Shown here in pieces: positions 47,601-59,523 of a stretch of DNA of 64,000 bases. Position 1 is the stretch's first letter. The number at the start of each line of letters is the position of its first letter. Source of the stretch: Azolla caroliniana. Taxonomy: Eukaryota; Plantae; Polypodiophyta. Made by a program: the position numbers and the translations under genes. The stretch lies in NCBI GenBank assembly GCA_043228905.1, contig JBHGNT010000010.1, forward strand, positions 14,818,001 through 14,882,000. The letters are read 5' to 3'. Under the pieces are notes generated by a model. The model searched no databases, had not been told where the DNA came from, and saw only the letters and a program-made list of their open reading frames with translations.

Positions 47601-48825
47601 GCCCTCTCTTCTTCCGCGTGCGATGATTCGGCCTTCTTTTTCAATGAAGCACCCTTCTTGGTCGAATCGTACTTGCATCCCTTGCTCAACCATTTGGCCG
47701 ACCGAGACCAAATTCTTTGTGATGGTGGGAACATGCAAGACATTTTTAATGTATGTTTGCTTACCTCTTTCGCCGAACGGAACATTGCCGATGTGCTGAA
47801 TCGGGTGCGTAGTGTCATCTCCGGTTTCGACATAACCGGGTTGCTCCGGCTCTCAAAGTTCGAGAAACCATTCTTTGTGGGATGTCATATGGTTTGAGGC
47901 CCCAGAGTCAACAAACCATACGTCCTCCGGATTGAGGGCACTAGTTGAGGTAGAGGCCGACATAGAGTTTGCTCTATGTTTCATCATGAACATTCCACCA
48001 CGGTCGGAGTTGTATGCGTACATTCCGCCACGATCCTCGTAGTCGGGGTTGTGCCCGTACATTCCGCTATACTCTTCGTAGTCGGAATTGTGCGCGTAAT
48101 TCGTGAGTTGTTGGCTTGTGGAGGCCGATTCACGCATCTTCTTTCGGCACTCTTCTTCGTGGTGGCCGAGCTTTCCACAATATCCGCATTCGGTTGCGTT
48201 TTGACAGCTTGGGCCGGAGTGGAAGCTCCCCCTTCTTGCGAAGGTTCCTCGTTGTCCTCCGTTTTGTGGCCAAAATTGGGAGTTGTTGTCGTAGGTCGGA
48301 CCTCGTCCGCCTTGTCCTTGGCCGAATCGGCCTCTTGCTCGTCCATGTCCTCTTCCTCCATTGGAGTGCGTGTAGAGCATGTGGCCTTCCGACTCATTGC
48401 TCCTTGTACGCACGTGGTTTTCTTCGACCAATAGCATTGATTGGAGCTCGAAGAAGGAGGGAGATTTCTCCCGTGCTAGAACGGCGGTTCACATCGCGCC
48501 GAACCGTGGTGCGAGGCCGCCGAGGCATATTTGCACCATGTCATCATCATCTATACTTACGCTTATTGAGCCACGCGAGTCGCAAAGCTCCTTGATCTTC
48601 AAGGTGTATGTTGTGATGGACATATCCCTTTGTTGAATGTTGTTCAACTCTTGGCGGAGTTGAAGCTTCCTCGCGGTCGTGTTGGCGGCGAAAATCTTTC
48701 GTAGATTTTCCCACGCTTCCTTCGGCGTCTTGGCTTCTCGAATGTAATCGAGCATGTGGTCGTGAACACATGTCGCCAAACAATACATCACGTGGCTTGC
48801 GGCTTGCTCCCATGTCGCGTATCCG
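44668..48825 (-). pseudogene. gag-pol of the family-B copia (gag N-terminus at 60055-60204), with stops and frameshifts
   Basis: CGYCGKLGHHEEEC, WFVDSGASNHM, LWHKRIGH, ILYVDDL and HARTKHIEVHYHFIRE in consecutive ORF fragments. Confidence 0.92.
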
Positions 48826-49223
48826 GGAGCTGTCGTGACTTGAGAATAGGAGAGAGAAAAATAAGATGACAGTAGAAGGTAGAGGGAGAGAGAGAGAGAA
48901 AGAACACTAGAAATGGAAAGAGAGTTTATATTATAAGAGAGCAAGGATTACAAAGAGTAGGCTAAGGGGCTACAAACTGGTGTTGAACCGAATGAGTTGT
49001 GATGAATGAATAGACACCTATTTATAGGTCCTTATGGAGTATTCTGGAATGTTCTAGAATATTTTAGATATTTATGATATTTAATATAAACATGGAATAT
49101 CCTAGAATGTTCTAGAATACTCTTGAATGTTCTAGAATACTCTAAATGTCTTGTAATAACTAATAATACATATAGACCAAGACGTCTTGAGCTCGAATCC
49201 CTGTAAGGCCAAAATGTATGTCG

Positions 49224-51251
49224 TCATGACATTATCCCCCCTTTTCGACGACAAGCTCCATGAGTCGGAAGACAAGATTTCAGACTTGGCTTATGAGGAT
49301 ATTTGTTGTGAAATGCAGCAACCATTTCGGAGGCATTAGCAAGATTCTCAAGAGGTTCCCATGTTCGATCATTAGGTGTATAACCTAACCAGTCAACCAA
49401 ATAATACAATTTGTTGCGAACGATCTTGGAGTCGAGAATGGCAGCAACTTCATATTCGGAGCCATCCGAAATTTCGATTGGAGGTGGGGGAGATGTAAGA
49501 CGGCCTGGAATAGAGCTGGTTGTGTACGACTCCAAAAGTGAAACATGGAAGACCGGGTGAAGATGCATATGAGGGGGAAGATCAAGGCGAAATGCCACAT
49601 CATTGATCTTACTAGATATCACATATGGGCCAAAACGTTGATAATCCAATTTGCAGCAAGGTCGGGTTGTTTTAATGCGACCTTGTAAAAGCCATACTCG
49701 ATCCCCCACTTGAAACGTAGTCGATGAATCACGTCGATGACGGTCAGAAACCTTCTTTTGAGTGTTTTGAGCATCACATAAATGGTGCAAAAGGATATCT
49801 TGAACTTCTTGGAGTCGGGTGAGCCGATCTTCAGTAGCCGGGTTTGTTGGGAGTTCGGGATGTTCAAGCATAGTCCAACGAGGATGGTACCCAATGTTTG
49901 CAAAAAATGGGGAATATCCAGTAGAAGAATGTTCTGAGTTGTTGTAAGCAAATTCCGCCAAATGTAATAGATCAACCCAATCATCTTGTTGATAGTTGAC
50001 AAAACAACGAAGATATTGTTCTACTGTTTGGTTGGTGCGCTCACTCTGTCCGTTAGTTTCTGGATCGTAGCCGGAAAAGAGTTTGCAAGAAGTATGTAAG
50101 AGTTTGAACATGTGCCGCCAAAATTTTGAGATGAACTAGGGACCCCGATCACTGATAATATCATCAGGAAGACCATGATGTCGAAACACCTCTCGCATGA
50201 GTAACTCGGCTGTCTCTTGGCTCGTAATGGCCTTTGTGCAGGGAAGAAAATGTGCCATCTTGGTAAAACGATCTACTACCGTGAGAATAGAATCAAAACC
50301 CTTGGAAGGTGGTAGATCCGTAATGAAGTCCAATGAAATAGATTTCCATGGACTCTCAGGAATAGGCATTGGCTGTAATAAGCCATATGGATGATGTCAA
50401 GGTTTTTTGGATCGGCAACATGTATCACAACTACGAACATAATCCGTAACAAAATGGCGAAGTCGTGGCCACCAATACCTTCGAGAAATTAACGCCAAAG
50501 TCTTGTGGATGCCAAAATGTCCAGCCATTGGTGTATCATGACATTGTTGCAAGACTTGGAGTCGAGAAGGACCATCAGGCACATATAAGAGATTTTGTCG
50601 AAAAAGTAAACCATCATGCCAATTGAACTGGTTGTAGTCTTGATGAGGATTTTGAGATTGTGAACAAGAAGCACGATCTGGGATAATATGGCTCAGAATA
50701 TCTTGGGCGAATTCATCAGTCTCAATATGCTCCCGAATGGAGTCTAGAAGACTTGAATCCTCGGGTGTGTCTATAGCATGAAAAGCCATTAGTCGTAGAC
50801 GGTCAGGACCCAAGAGGATTTGCTTCTGACTTTCAAATGCGGCCTCTCTTGGTTGAAGTTCCATATATGAATGCCGAGATAAAGCATCTACTTTGCCTTG
50901 TTGCGTCCCAGGGCGATATAGAATTACGAAATCAAAACGAGTTAAAAACTGCGCCCAACGAGCTTGTCGATGACTCAAGACTCGAGCACTTTGGAAGTAC
51001 GTTAGATTTTTGTGATCATTATAGACAATGATTTGTTGAGACGAACCCTCCAAAAAATGACGCCATTGTTGAAAAGAATCCACAATGGCAAGAAGCTCTT
51101 TGTCGTGAATCTCATAGTTGATTTCTGCAGCTTCGAATTTCCGTGAATGAAAAGCCATAGGGTGCAGTTGGCCATCATTGCTAATCTGGGATAATACGCT
51201 TCCTAGTGCGAAGTCAGATGCATCAGCTTCCAGTATAAAGCACTTCAATGG
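49224..51251 (-). pseudogene. pol: G2 pol 3' part (RNase H-integrase-chromodomain)
   Basis: ORFs 50397..51248, 50136..50369 and 49224..50111 are homologous to G1 pol. Confidence 0.9.
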
Positions 51252-51652
51252 TGTTGGGATTTCGGTCCCTCCGGATGGGATGTCCGGAGATGAATGACGG
51301 CAAGCCCGGAGGCTGTTACCGAACCGTATGATGAAGAGTACCCGGCATGAAGCCGGATGAAGAGTACCCGGCTACGGATCCGGATGATGAAGACCCCGGT
51401 TACGGAGCCGGATGATGAAGACCCCGGTTACGGAGCCGGATGCTGAAGACCCCGGTTACGGAGCCGGATGACGTATGTACCCGGAGAGAGATCCGGATAC
51501 GGGGACATATCTGTGAATATGTTTGCCAAGGGCCCTTGAGGCTATATTTGTAAATAGCCCGAAAGTCATATATGTATAAATATGACTTAGGGCAAACAGT
51601 TTTGGTTGTTGCTCATTTTATGTTTTCAGCCGAGAGAGCGAAGTGTGAGCAG

Positions 51653-51694
<42 letters not shown>

Positions 51695-51966
51695 GAGGTC
51701 GACGCCTCTGTGTATTGCCGCCGCCTGTGGCGAAGACAGTGAGCTCAAGGTCGTTGCCTTGAAGCTTCACCATTGTACATCCCTGTTCATAGTGATAGTT
51801 GGAGTTGTGCACTCCCGTGGTTTTTCCCGTTTAGGGTTTTCCACGTTATACCCTGTGTATTCGTCTCTCGTGTCTTTCTCTGTATTTCCTATTTTCTGCT
51901 GCATTGATCCGTGTTGGCCCGGTTGTGGCCGGGAGGCGAAAGATTTGATAGCGTCAAATCTCAACA
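51252..51966 (+). repeat. 5' LTR of copia A, with 28-bp tandem repeats in U3
   Basis: TG...CA, repeated at offset 4830. GAAGACCCCGGTTACGGAGCCGGATG starts at 51389, 51417 and 51445. Confidence 0.97.
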
Positions 51967-51997
51967 ATCTGGTATCAGAGCGACGGTAACACAGAAA

Positions 51998-54900
51998 ATG
52001 GAAGGCGGCGGTAGTGGGCCTCCGGGCATGATGGTGCTGAACGCGCAGAACTACGCCGACTGGAAGATAAAGATGGAGGATCTGCTCATTGTTCGGGACC
52101 TGTATGAACCGATCGACAGGTCGGAAATACCCAAGGGGGTACTTGAGACGGAGTGGAGGCTTCTGAACCGGAAAGCCGTTGCAACCATTCGGCAATACGT
52201 CGACGTGAGCGTTCTACAACACGTGGCGAACGACACCAACGCATATGAGATGTGGAGGAAGCTGTCGGGCCTCTACGAGAGGAAGAATGCGTTGAACCGG
52301 ACCTCCCTGATGAGAAAGATTGTGAACCTCAAGTACCGGGACGGCGAGAGTATGGTGGAACACGTAAGCACGTTCATGGGATTCGTGAACCAGCTTGCGG
52401 CGATCAAGTTCCCGTTGGAGGATGCAATGCAAGCCATCATCCTGATGTGTACATTGCCGGACAGCTGGGAGAACTTGGTGGTGACTCTCAGCACCTCCTG
52501 CACGGAAGACAACTTGTCCTTACAAACGGTAAAGACGAGTATTTTGAACGAAGAAGCGCGTCGGAGAGATAAAGAACCGGCCTCCGACTCGAAGGCGCTG
52601 CTTACCGAATCGGATCGGGGAAGACAATGGAACCGGAGTCCGCAAAGACGGGAGAAGTCGGGGACCCGGTCGCAGTCAAGAGGAAGGCCCACATGCTTCC
52701 ACTGTGGGAAGCCGGGGCACTTCCGGAAGAATTGTCGGCATTACCGAAAGGACAACGGAGCCGACGACACCGATTCGAAGAAGTCACCGGAGAGAAACGG
52801 TGCATACCGGGGAGCCACGGACCGGAGAGGTCCGGATCGGCGAGGGCAGGATCGGAAAGGAACGACGGCACTCGCGGCAAGTGAAGAAGAGATAATGCTT
52901 ATTACCGAAGAGAGGGAGCTGAACCTTGCCGGTGTAGAGATGACCTGGGTGGTCGATTCCGGAGCGTCGTTCCACCTGACCCCGGAGAAGAAATACTTCT
53001 CATCCTACACAGCCGGTGAGCACGGCTGTGTCCGGATGGGAAATGAAGGCACATGCCGGATTGCCGGCATAGGAGACGTGTGGCTGATGACATCAACCGG
53101 ATGCAAGATGCTGCTGAAGGATGTGCGACACGTTCCGGAGGTCCGATTGAACCTGATCTCGGCCGGGAGGCTAGATGATGAAGGCTACACGGGTAGCATC
53201 CGGAACGGTGTCATGAAGTTCAGCAAGGGGAGCCTGATAGTGGCTCGGGCCCGGAAGGTCAACACACTGTACCTGATGAATGCCCGGTTATGTCTGGAAG
53301 AGCTGAATGTGGCAGCCGACACTGCCGGTGAGCTGTGGCACAAAAGACTGTGCCACATGAGTGAGAAGGGGATGAAGAGGCTTGCAGAAGACAACCTTAT
53401 TCCAGTGAAGCATGTGCACCTGGAGAAGTGCACCGACTGTCTGGCCGGTAAGCAAAACCGGACCTCCTTCCACTCAAGGCCACCGACGAGACGTAGCGCA
53501 CCATTGGAGTTGGTGCACACCGATGTGTGTCAGGTAGAAACGAAGTCACATGGCGGAGCCCAGTACTTCGTAACATTCATTGATGATCACAGCCGGAAGC
53601 TGTGGACGGCCCCGTTGAAGACAAAGGACCAAGTATTGTCCGTCTTCAAAGATCTCCACGCGAGAGTGGAAAGGGAATCCGGCAAGAAGCTGAAAGCGAT
53701 ACGAGCGGATAACGGAGGGGAATACCGGGGGCAGTTCCAGGAGTACTGCCGCTCGAAGGGAATCCGGCTCGAGTTTACCGTGCCGAAGACGCCGGAACTG
53801 AACGGGCTGGCCGAGAGGATGAACCGGACCATAATGGAGAGGGTCCGGAGTATGCTGGCGCATGCGAAATTACCCAAGGGATTTTGGGCTGAGGCAATGT
53901 CGACGGCGACATATGTGATAAACAGATCACCCTCAGTACCTTTGGACGGAGACACGCCGCAGAGAGTGTGGACCGGTAAGGAAGTGTCCTACCGGCATCT
54001 GAAGGTGTTCGGGTGTCTCGCATACGTGCATGTGGCAAAGGACCGGAGAGGAAAGTTAGATCCAAAGACCCGGCCATGCATATTCCTCGGTTACGGCGAC
54101 GACGAGTTCGGCTACCGAGTATGGGACCCGGTCGACAAGAAGATATTCAGGAGTCGAGACATCATCTTCATGGAGGACGAGACACTCGCCGACTGGGAGT
54201 CGGAGAAGAAGATGAAGAGCTCAAAGTCGACCGGTGAGGATCAACTCTACGAGGAGCAGTCCCGACCGGCAAGGGACCGGTTAGCACTCGAGGATCCGGC
54301 CGAAGACGGTGAAGAAACAGAACCGGCCGAAGAAGATGAAAATGATACCGGAACCGGCCCCGATCCCGAAATGGATTCGGATGAAGAAGAATCGGAAGAA
54401 CCGGTTACCGAAGCTCTGGAACGGAGATATCCTCTAAGAGAGAGAAGGGCCCCCCGGAGATTTCCGGAACCAGAGCACGTGCTGCTAACCGACGAAGGGG
54501 AGCCGGAGAGCTTTGAAGAAGCAAAGCACGACACCCAGAGCCGCAGGTGGTTGAGTGCCATGCAGGACGAGATGGATTCCCTGCATGAGAACCACACATA
54601 TGAACTTGTGGAGTTGCCGAAAGGAAAGCGGGCACTTCGAAACAAGTGGGTGTTCAAGCTGAAACCGGGAGATGCCGGAAACCCCCCGAGATACAAAGCC
54701 CGGATCGTGGTGAAGGGGTTTCAGCAGAAGAAGGGCGTCGACTTCGACGAGATATTTGCCCCGGTAGTGAAGATGACCTCCATCCGGACGGTGCTGAGCA
54801 TAGCGGCAAGCATGGACCTTGAGGTAGAACAGATGGACGTGAAGACGGCATTCCTTCACGGTGACCTCGAAGAAGAGATCTACATGCAGCAACCGGAAGG

Positions 54901-56071
54901 ATTCGAGAAGAAAGGGAAGGAGCACCTGGTATGCCGGTTGAAGAAGAGCCTTTACGGACTGAAGCAGGCTCCCCGGCAATGGTACCGGAAGTTCGACTCC
55001 TTCATGACCGACGAAGGGTACCTCAAAACGCAGTCTGACCACTGCGTGTTTGTGAAGAAGTTCGAAGGAGGAGACTTTCTAATACTCCTCCTGTACGTGG
55101 ACGACATGTTGATCGTCGGACGAGACCAGGTCAAGATACGGATGCTGAAGAAGGCTCTTCACCGAACCTTCTCAATGAAGGACTTGGGTCCGGCGAGACA
55201 AATACTAGGGATGCACATCATCCGGGACCGGAGCAAGAAGCAGTTGTGGCTGTCACAAGAGAAGTACGTGACAAAGGTGCTTCAACGGTTCAACATGTCG
55301 GAAGCAAGACCGGTCGGATCAACCCTACCGGCAAACTGCAAGCTGTCCAGCAAGCAAAGTCCCAAGACAAAGGCTGAAAAGGAGGATATGATGAAAGTGC
55401 CGTATGCCTCAGCCGTCGGGAGCTTGATGTATGCCATGGTGTGTACGAGACCGGACATAGGATATGCAGTCGGAGTGGTGAGCCGGTACATGAGCAATCC
55501 CGGCAAAGAGCATTGGAACGCGGCCAAATGGATACTCCGATACCTGAAGGGCACGGCAAACATGTGCCTCCGATTCGGCTCCGGCAAGCCCGAACTCGAC
55601 GGCTTCACCGATTCGGATATGTCGGCTGATGCAGATACCAGCCGGTCCACATCAGGGTATGTGATGACGTATGCAGGGGGAGCTGTTTCATGGCAGTCGA
55701 GGCTGCAGAAGACGGTTGCGTTGTCAACCACGGAGGCGGAGTACATGGCGGCTGTTGAAGCCGGCAAGGAAATAATATGGATGAAGGACTTCATTAGAGA
55801 GCTCGGTATCCAACAGGAGGAGTACCGACTCTACTGCGACAGTCAGAGTGCAATCCACCTTGCGAAGAACGCGGCCTATCACTCCCGGACGAAGCACATC
55901 CAGCGTAGATACCACTGGATCCGGGAAAGGATAGAAGACAAGGAGTTCGTGCTGGCGAAGATCCACACGGACGAGAACGGCTCAGATATGCTGACCAAAG
56001 TGCTCACACCCGACAAGCTGGAAGCATGCCGGAAGAGGATCGGATTGGAGAGACATCCCATGCCGAAGTGA
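51998..56071 (+). CDS. Gag-Pol polyprotein of copia A (1357 aa)
   Basis: First ATG after the PBS. CFHCGKPGHFRKNC, WVVDSGASFH, LWHKRLCH, LELVHTDVC, LLLYVDDML, HSRTKHI and SDMLTK occur in copia domain order. Confidence 0.96.
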   Translation: MEGGGSGPPGMMVLNAQNYADWKIKMEDLLIVRDLYEPIDRSEIPKGVLETEWRLLNRKAVATIRQYVDVSVLQHVANDTNAYEMWRKLSGLYERKNALNRTSLMRKIVNLKYRDGESMVEHVSTFMGFVNQLAAIKFPLEDAMQAIILMCTLPDSWENLVVTLSTSCTEDNLSLQTVKTSILNEEARRRDKEPASDSKALLTESDRGRQWNRSPQRREKSGTRSQSRGRPTCFHCGKPGHFRKNCRHYRKDNGADDTDSKKSPERNGAYRGATDRRGPDRRGQDRKGTTALAASEEEIMLITEERELNLAGVEMTWVVDSGASFHLTPEKKYFSSYTAGEHGCVRMGNEGTCRIAGIGDVWLMTSTGCKMLLKDVRHVPEVRLNLISAGRLDDEGYTGSIRNGVMKFSKGSLIVARARKVNTLYLMNARLCLEELNVAADTAGELWHKRLCHMSEKGMKRLAEDNLIPVKHVHLEKCTDCLAGKQNRTSFHSRPPTRRSAPLELVHTDVCQVETKSHGGAQYFVTFIDDHSRKLWTAPLKTKDQVLSVFKDLHARVERESGKKLKAIRADNGGEYRGQFQEYCRSKGIRLEFTVPKTPELNGLAERMNRTIMERVRSMLAHAKLPKGFWAEAMSTATYVINRSPSVPLDGDTPQRVWTGKEVSYRHLKVFGCLAYVHVAKDRRGKLDPKTRPCIFLGYGDDEFGYRVWDPVDKKIFRSRDIIFMEDETLADWESEKKMKSSKSTGEDQLYEEQSRPARDRLALEDPAEDGEETEPAEEDENDTGTGPDPEMDSDEEESEEPVTEALERRYPLRERRAPRRFPEPEHVLLTDEGEPESFEEAKHDTQSRRWLSAMQDEMDSLHENHTYELVELPKGKRALRNKWVFKLKPGDAGNPPRYKARIVVKGFQQKKGVDFDEIFAPVVKMTSIRTVLSIAASMDLEVEQMDVKTAFLHGDLEEEIYMQQPEGFEKKGKEHLVCRLKKSLYGLKQAPRQWYRKFDSFMTDEGYLKTQSDHCVFVKKFEGGDFLILLLYVDDMLIVGRDQVKIRMLKKALHRTFSMKDLGPARQILGMHIIRDRSKKQLWLSQEKYVTKVLQRFNMSEARPVGSTLPANCKLSSKQSPKTKAEKEDMMKVPYASAVGSLMYAMVCTRPDIGYAVGVVSRYMSNPGKEHWNAAKWILRYLKGTANMCLRFGSGKPELDGFTDSDMSADADTSRSTSGYVMTYAGGAVSWQSRLQKTVALSTTEAEYMAAVEAGKEIIWMKDFIRELGIQQEEYRLYCDSQSAIHLAKNAAYHSRTKHIQRRYHWIRERIEDKEFVLAKIHTDENGSDMLTKVLTPDKLEACRKRIGLERHPMPK

Positions 56072-56081
56072 AGGGGGAGTT

Positions 56082-56482
56082 TGTTGGGATTTCGGTCCCT
56101 CCGGATGGGATGTCCGGAGATGAATGACGGCAAGCCCGGAGGCTGTTACCGAACCGTATGATGAAGAGTACCCGGCATGAAGCCGGATGAAGAGTACCCG
56201 GCTACGGATCCGGATGATGAAGACCCCGGTTACGGAGCCGGATGATGAAGACCCCGGTTACGGAGCCGGATGCTGAAGACCCCGGTTACGGAGCCGGATG
56301 ACGTATGTACCCGGAGAGAGATCCGGATACGGGGACATATCTGTGAATATGTTTGCCAAGGGCCCTTGAGGCTATATTTGTAAATAGCCCGAAAGTCATA
56401 TATGTATAAATATGACTTAGGGCAAACAGTTTTGGTTGTTGCTCATTTTATGTTTTCAGCCGAGAGAGCGAAGTGTGAGCAG

Positions 56483-56524
<42 letters not shown>

Positions 56525-56796
56525 GAGGTCGACGCCTCTGTGTATTGCCGCCGCCTGTGGCGAAGACAGTGAGCTCAAGGTCGTTGCCTTGAAGCTTCAC
56601 CATTGTACATCCCTGTTCATAGTGATAGTTGGAGTTGTGCACTCCCGTGGTTTTTCCCGTTTAGGGTTTTCCACGTTATACCCTGTGTATTCGTCTCTCG
56701 TGTCTTTCTCTGTATTTCCTATTTTCTGCTGCATTGATCCGTGTTGGCCCGGTTGTGGCCGGGAGGCGAAAGATTTGATAGCGTCAAATCTCAACA
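56082..56796 (+). repeat. 3' LTR of copia A
   Basis: Copy of 51252-51966, following the PPT. Confidence 0.97.
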
Positions 56797-56801
56797 AATG
56801 G

Positions 56802-59523
56802 ATCAACATGCATCAAAATTGGTGCGAATGTAAATGCTTGCTTTAATCCTTCAAATGCAGAGTTTGCATTTATACTCCACACAAATGGTTGATTCTTCTG
56901 TGTCAGTTGAGTGAGGGGCAATACGATCTTTGAATAGTCTTTGATGAACTTGCGATAAAAGTTTGTGAACCCTAAAAAACATTGTACATCTCGCACAGAC
57001 TGTGGTGTTTGCCAATCCAACACTGTTTGAACCTTTGCTGGATCCATAGAGATGCCATGTGAAGAGACTATGTACCCCAAAAATTCCACTTGACGCTGGT
57101 CAAAGCTACACTTCTCCAATTTTGCATAGAGACCATATTCACGCAACCGTTGCAAAGCTTGTCGAATGTGTATATCATAATCCTCTTGAGTTTTTGAGTA
57201 GATCAAGATATTATCTAGGTAAATTATGACGAAAATATCAAGGAAATCTCGAAAAATGTCATTCGCCATATGTGGAAAACTGTTGGTGCATTCGTGAGAC
57301 CAAATGGCATCACTGTATACTCAAAATGGCCATAGCGAGTACGAAAAGCAGTCTTCCATTCATCCCTAGGACGAATTCGAACAAGATTGTAAGCACCTCG
57401 AAGATCTAACTTTGTGAAATACTTAGCTCCATTGAGGCGTACCAGAAGGCCCGAAATCAATGGTAGAGCATATCGGTTTCGAATAGTTACTTTATTCAAT
57501 CCTCGATAATCCACGACCAGACGAAGCAAACCATCTTTCTTCTTAACGAAAAATATGGGTGCGCCGGCAGGTGATCTTGAATGCTGGATAAACCCATTCG
57601 CCAAGTTCTCATCAATATATTCCCGAAGAACCTCTAACTCTGTGGGTGAAAGATTATAAATTGGCCCCCATGGAGGCTCTTTTCCGGGCTGCAAATCAAT
57701 CGGGCAATCATATGGTCGATGCTCTGGTAGTCTATTGGCCTTCACCTTATCAAAAACATCGGAGAATTCTATATATTTCTTTAGTAGTTGGACCCCCGAT
57801 TCTTGTGAGCTCGATGTGGGAGTTGCTAAAACTGCGAACACCAACATGTCTTCCTTTCGTCCTTCCTCACGTAATTGATGTATAGAGATTGTCGAAATCT
57901 TTTGGAATGTCATATCCTTTGTTGGAGTTTTAAGAGGCTCAGAATGTATTGTGACTTCTTCGATGGTTCTTTTTCTCCAATCAATAGTTGGGTTATGTAG
58001 CTCAAACCATGGAAGACCAAGAACTAGGGAGTGCTCTGGACTACTAATGATGTTGAATGAGATGACACTAGCCAAATTGCCTAGGACTACATGAATTGGT
58101 TCAGACTCTTCAACTATATCACCTGATGCTATGGGGCGTCCATCAATGACTCCGACTGACACTGGGCTTGGGAGCTTATGCAACTGAATATTATGCATTA
58201 CAGCAAACTCACGATCCATGAAACAAGAGTTGGCTCCAGAGTCTAAGAGGGCAGAAGCTGGGACTCGATGGCACCTAGATGTGTTAAGCTCAACTTGTGC
58301 AGAGAAAACTCGACTAACTTGACCGGATGAAATGGAACCACAACTAGGGATGGACGTTACATGCCTAGGGTTGTCCAACCAAATGGCTCCAATTTTGGCC
58401 AGACTTACTCGTTTAACACATCATCTAATTGGCTCAAGACATCAAATGTAATTTTATGACAGGGACTACCAGGCCTACTTGGGTTACGAGAAGGCGGGGC
58501 AGAAATTGAGATGGGATTGTCATGAGCACTTACTTGGTTAACTTGTCGTTGTGGTTTATGTGGACAATTCATAGCAATATGCCCTGGACCACCACAATAG
58601 AGGCATAGACGATTCACTCGCCGTCGTTGCTTTTCAGCATCCGATAATGGTCCTCGATGTCATGTTGTCTCGATTTCCATTGGAGTAGGGCCTTCCACCA
58701 CACTTGACTTTGATACTTGGGGTGGAGTTGCAACCACCGAAGCATATGTTTCTGTTGGTCGAAAACGTAACATTTGTTGGCGCTCAAAACGCCGCTCAAA
58801 TAAGCGATTGTCACATCGCACGGCCCGACTTACTGCTTTAGTAAGAGATTTTGGATCATCATGGAAGGTAAGAAGTAAATCCTTCACATCATTGCGTAGA
58901 CCTTGACGAAATTGGTCCATTAATGCTGCCTCGTCCCATGGAATATTACATGCTAGAAGGCGAAAATCTGCAGCATAAGCGGAAGCAGGACGATCTCCTT
59001 GTCGTAATCGCCGAATTTTGTTTATTGCAGTCCTCATACTATCAGTGTCTCCAAAGTTGGCTTGGAACTCATTAATAAACCCTTCAAAATCTTCTAATAA
59101 TGGTGAGTGCTTCTCTAGGAGTGGTGCAAACCACGCTAATGCGGTACCCGTTAACAAGGTACCAACTAGACCCACACGAGCAACATCAGTTGGGTAACGG
59201 CTAGGATGCAATTTAATCACAAGCCGTACTTGATTTAAAAATCCACGAAACTGAGACCTTGTAGCATCAAACTTGGCCGGTAGACTAATCTTGGGTTCCT
59301 TTGGCGAGGTTTGAACTTCCGCCGCTTGTCGTTGCAATAGAGTAGTCTCCAATTGATGCACCCGTTGAGATAATTCTTCATATTGTTGTACTTTTTCAGC
59401 ACTTACTTGTTGTAGGTCTCCCAACAATCTTTGATTTTCATGCTCTAGTGCCACGAATTTGGTTGTTTGCATTTCGAGCTCGGAGAGAACACGCATATAT
59501 TCTTGCTTGTTGACGGACTCCAT
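56802..59523 (-). pseudogene. G2 gag and pol 5' part (protease-RT), frameshifted at ~58660 and ~57270
   Basis: ORFs 58660..59523, 58405..58617, 57224..58378 and 56784..57269 are homologous to G1. Confidence 0.9.

Larger units (their letters stand above)
51252..56796 (+). mobile_element. Intact Ty1/copia (A; Tork/Tto1-like), 5545 bp
   Basis: 715-bp LTRs 51252-51966 and 56082-56796 with no visible difference. TSD AATGG (51247-51251/56797-56801). tRNA-iMet PBS 51970-51981. PPT 56070-56079. Single intact ORF. Confidence 0.98.

Noticed and set aside
51911-51997. N-terminal extension of the copia A polyprotein from a GTG in the LTR
   Set aside because: It lies in U5/PBS. Homology to related gags starts at the ATG at 51998.
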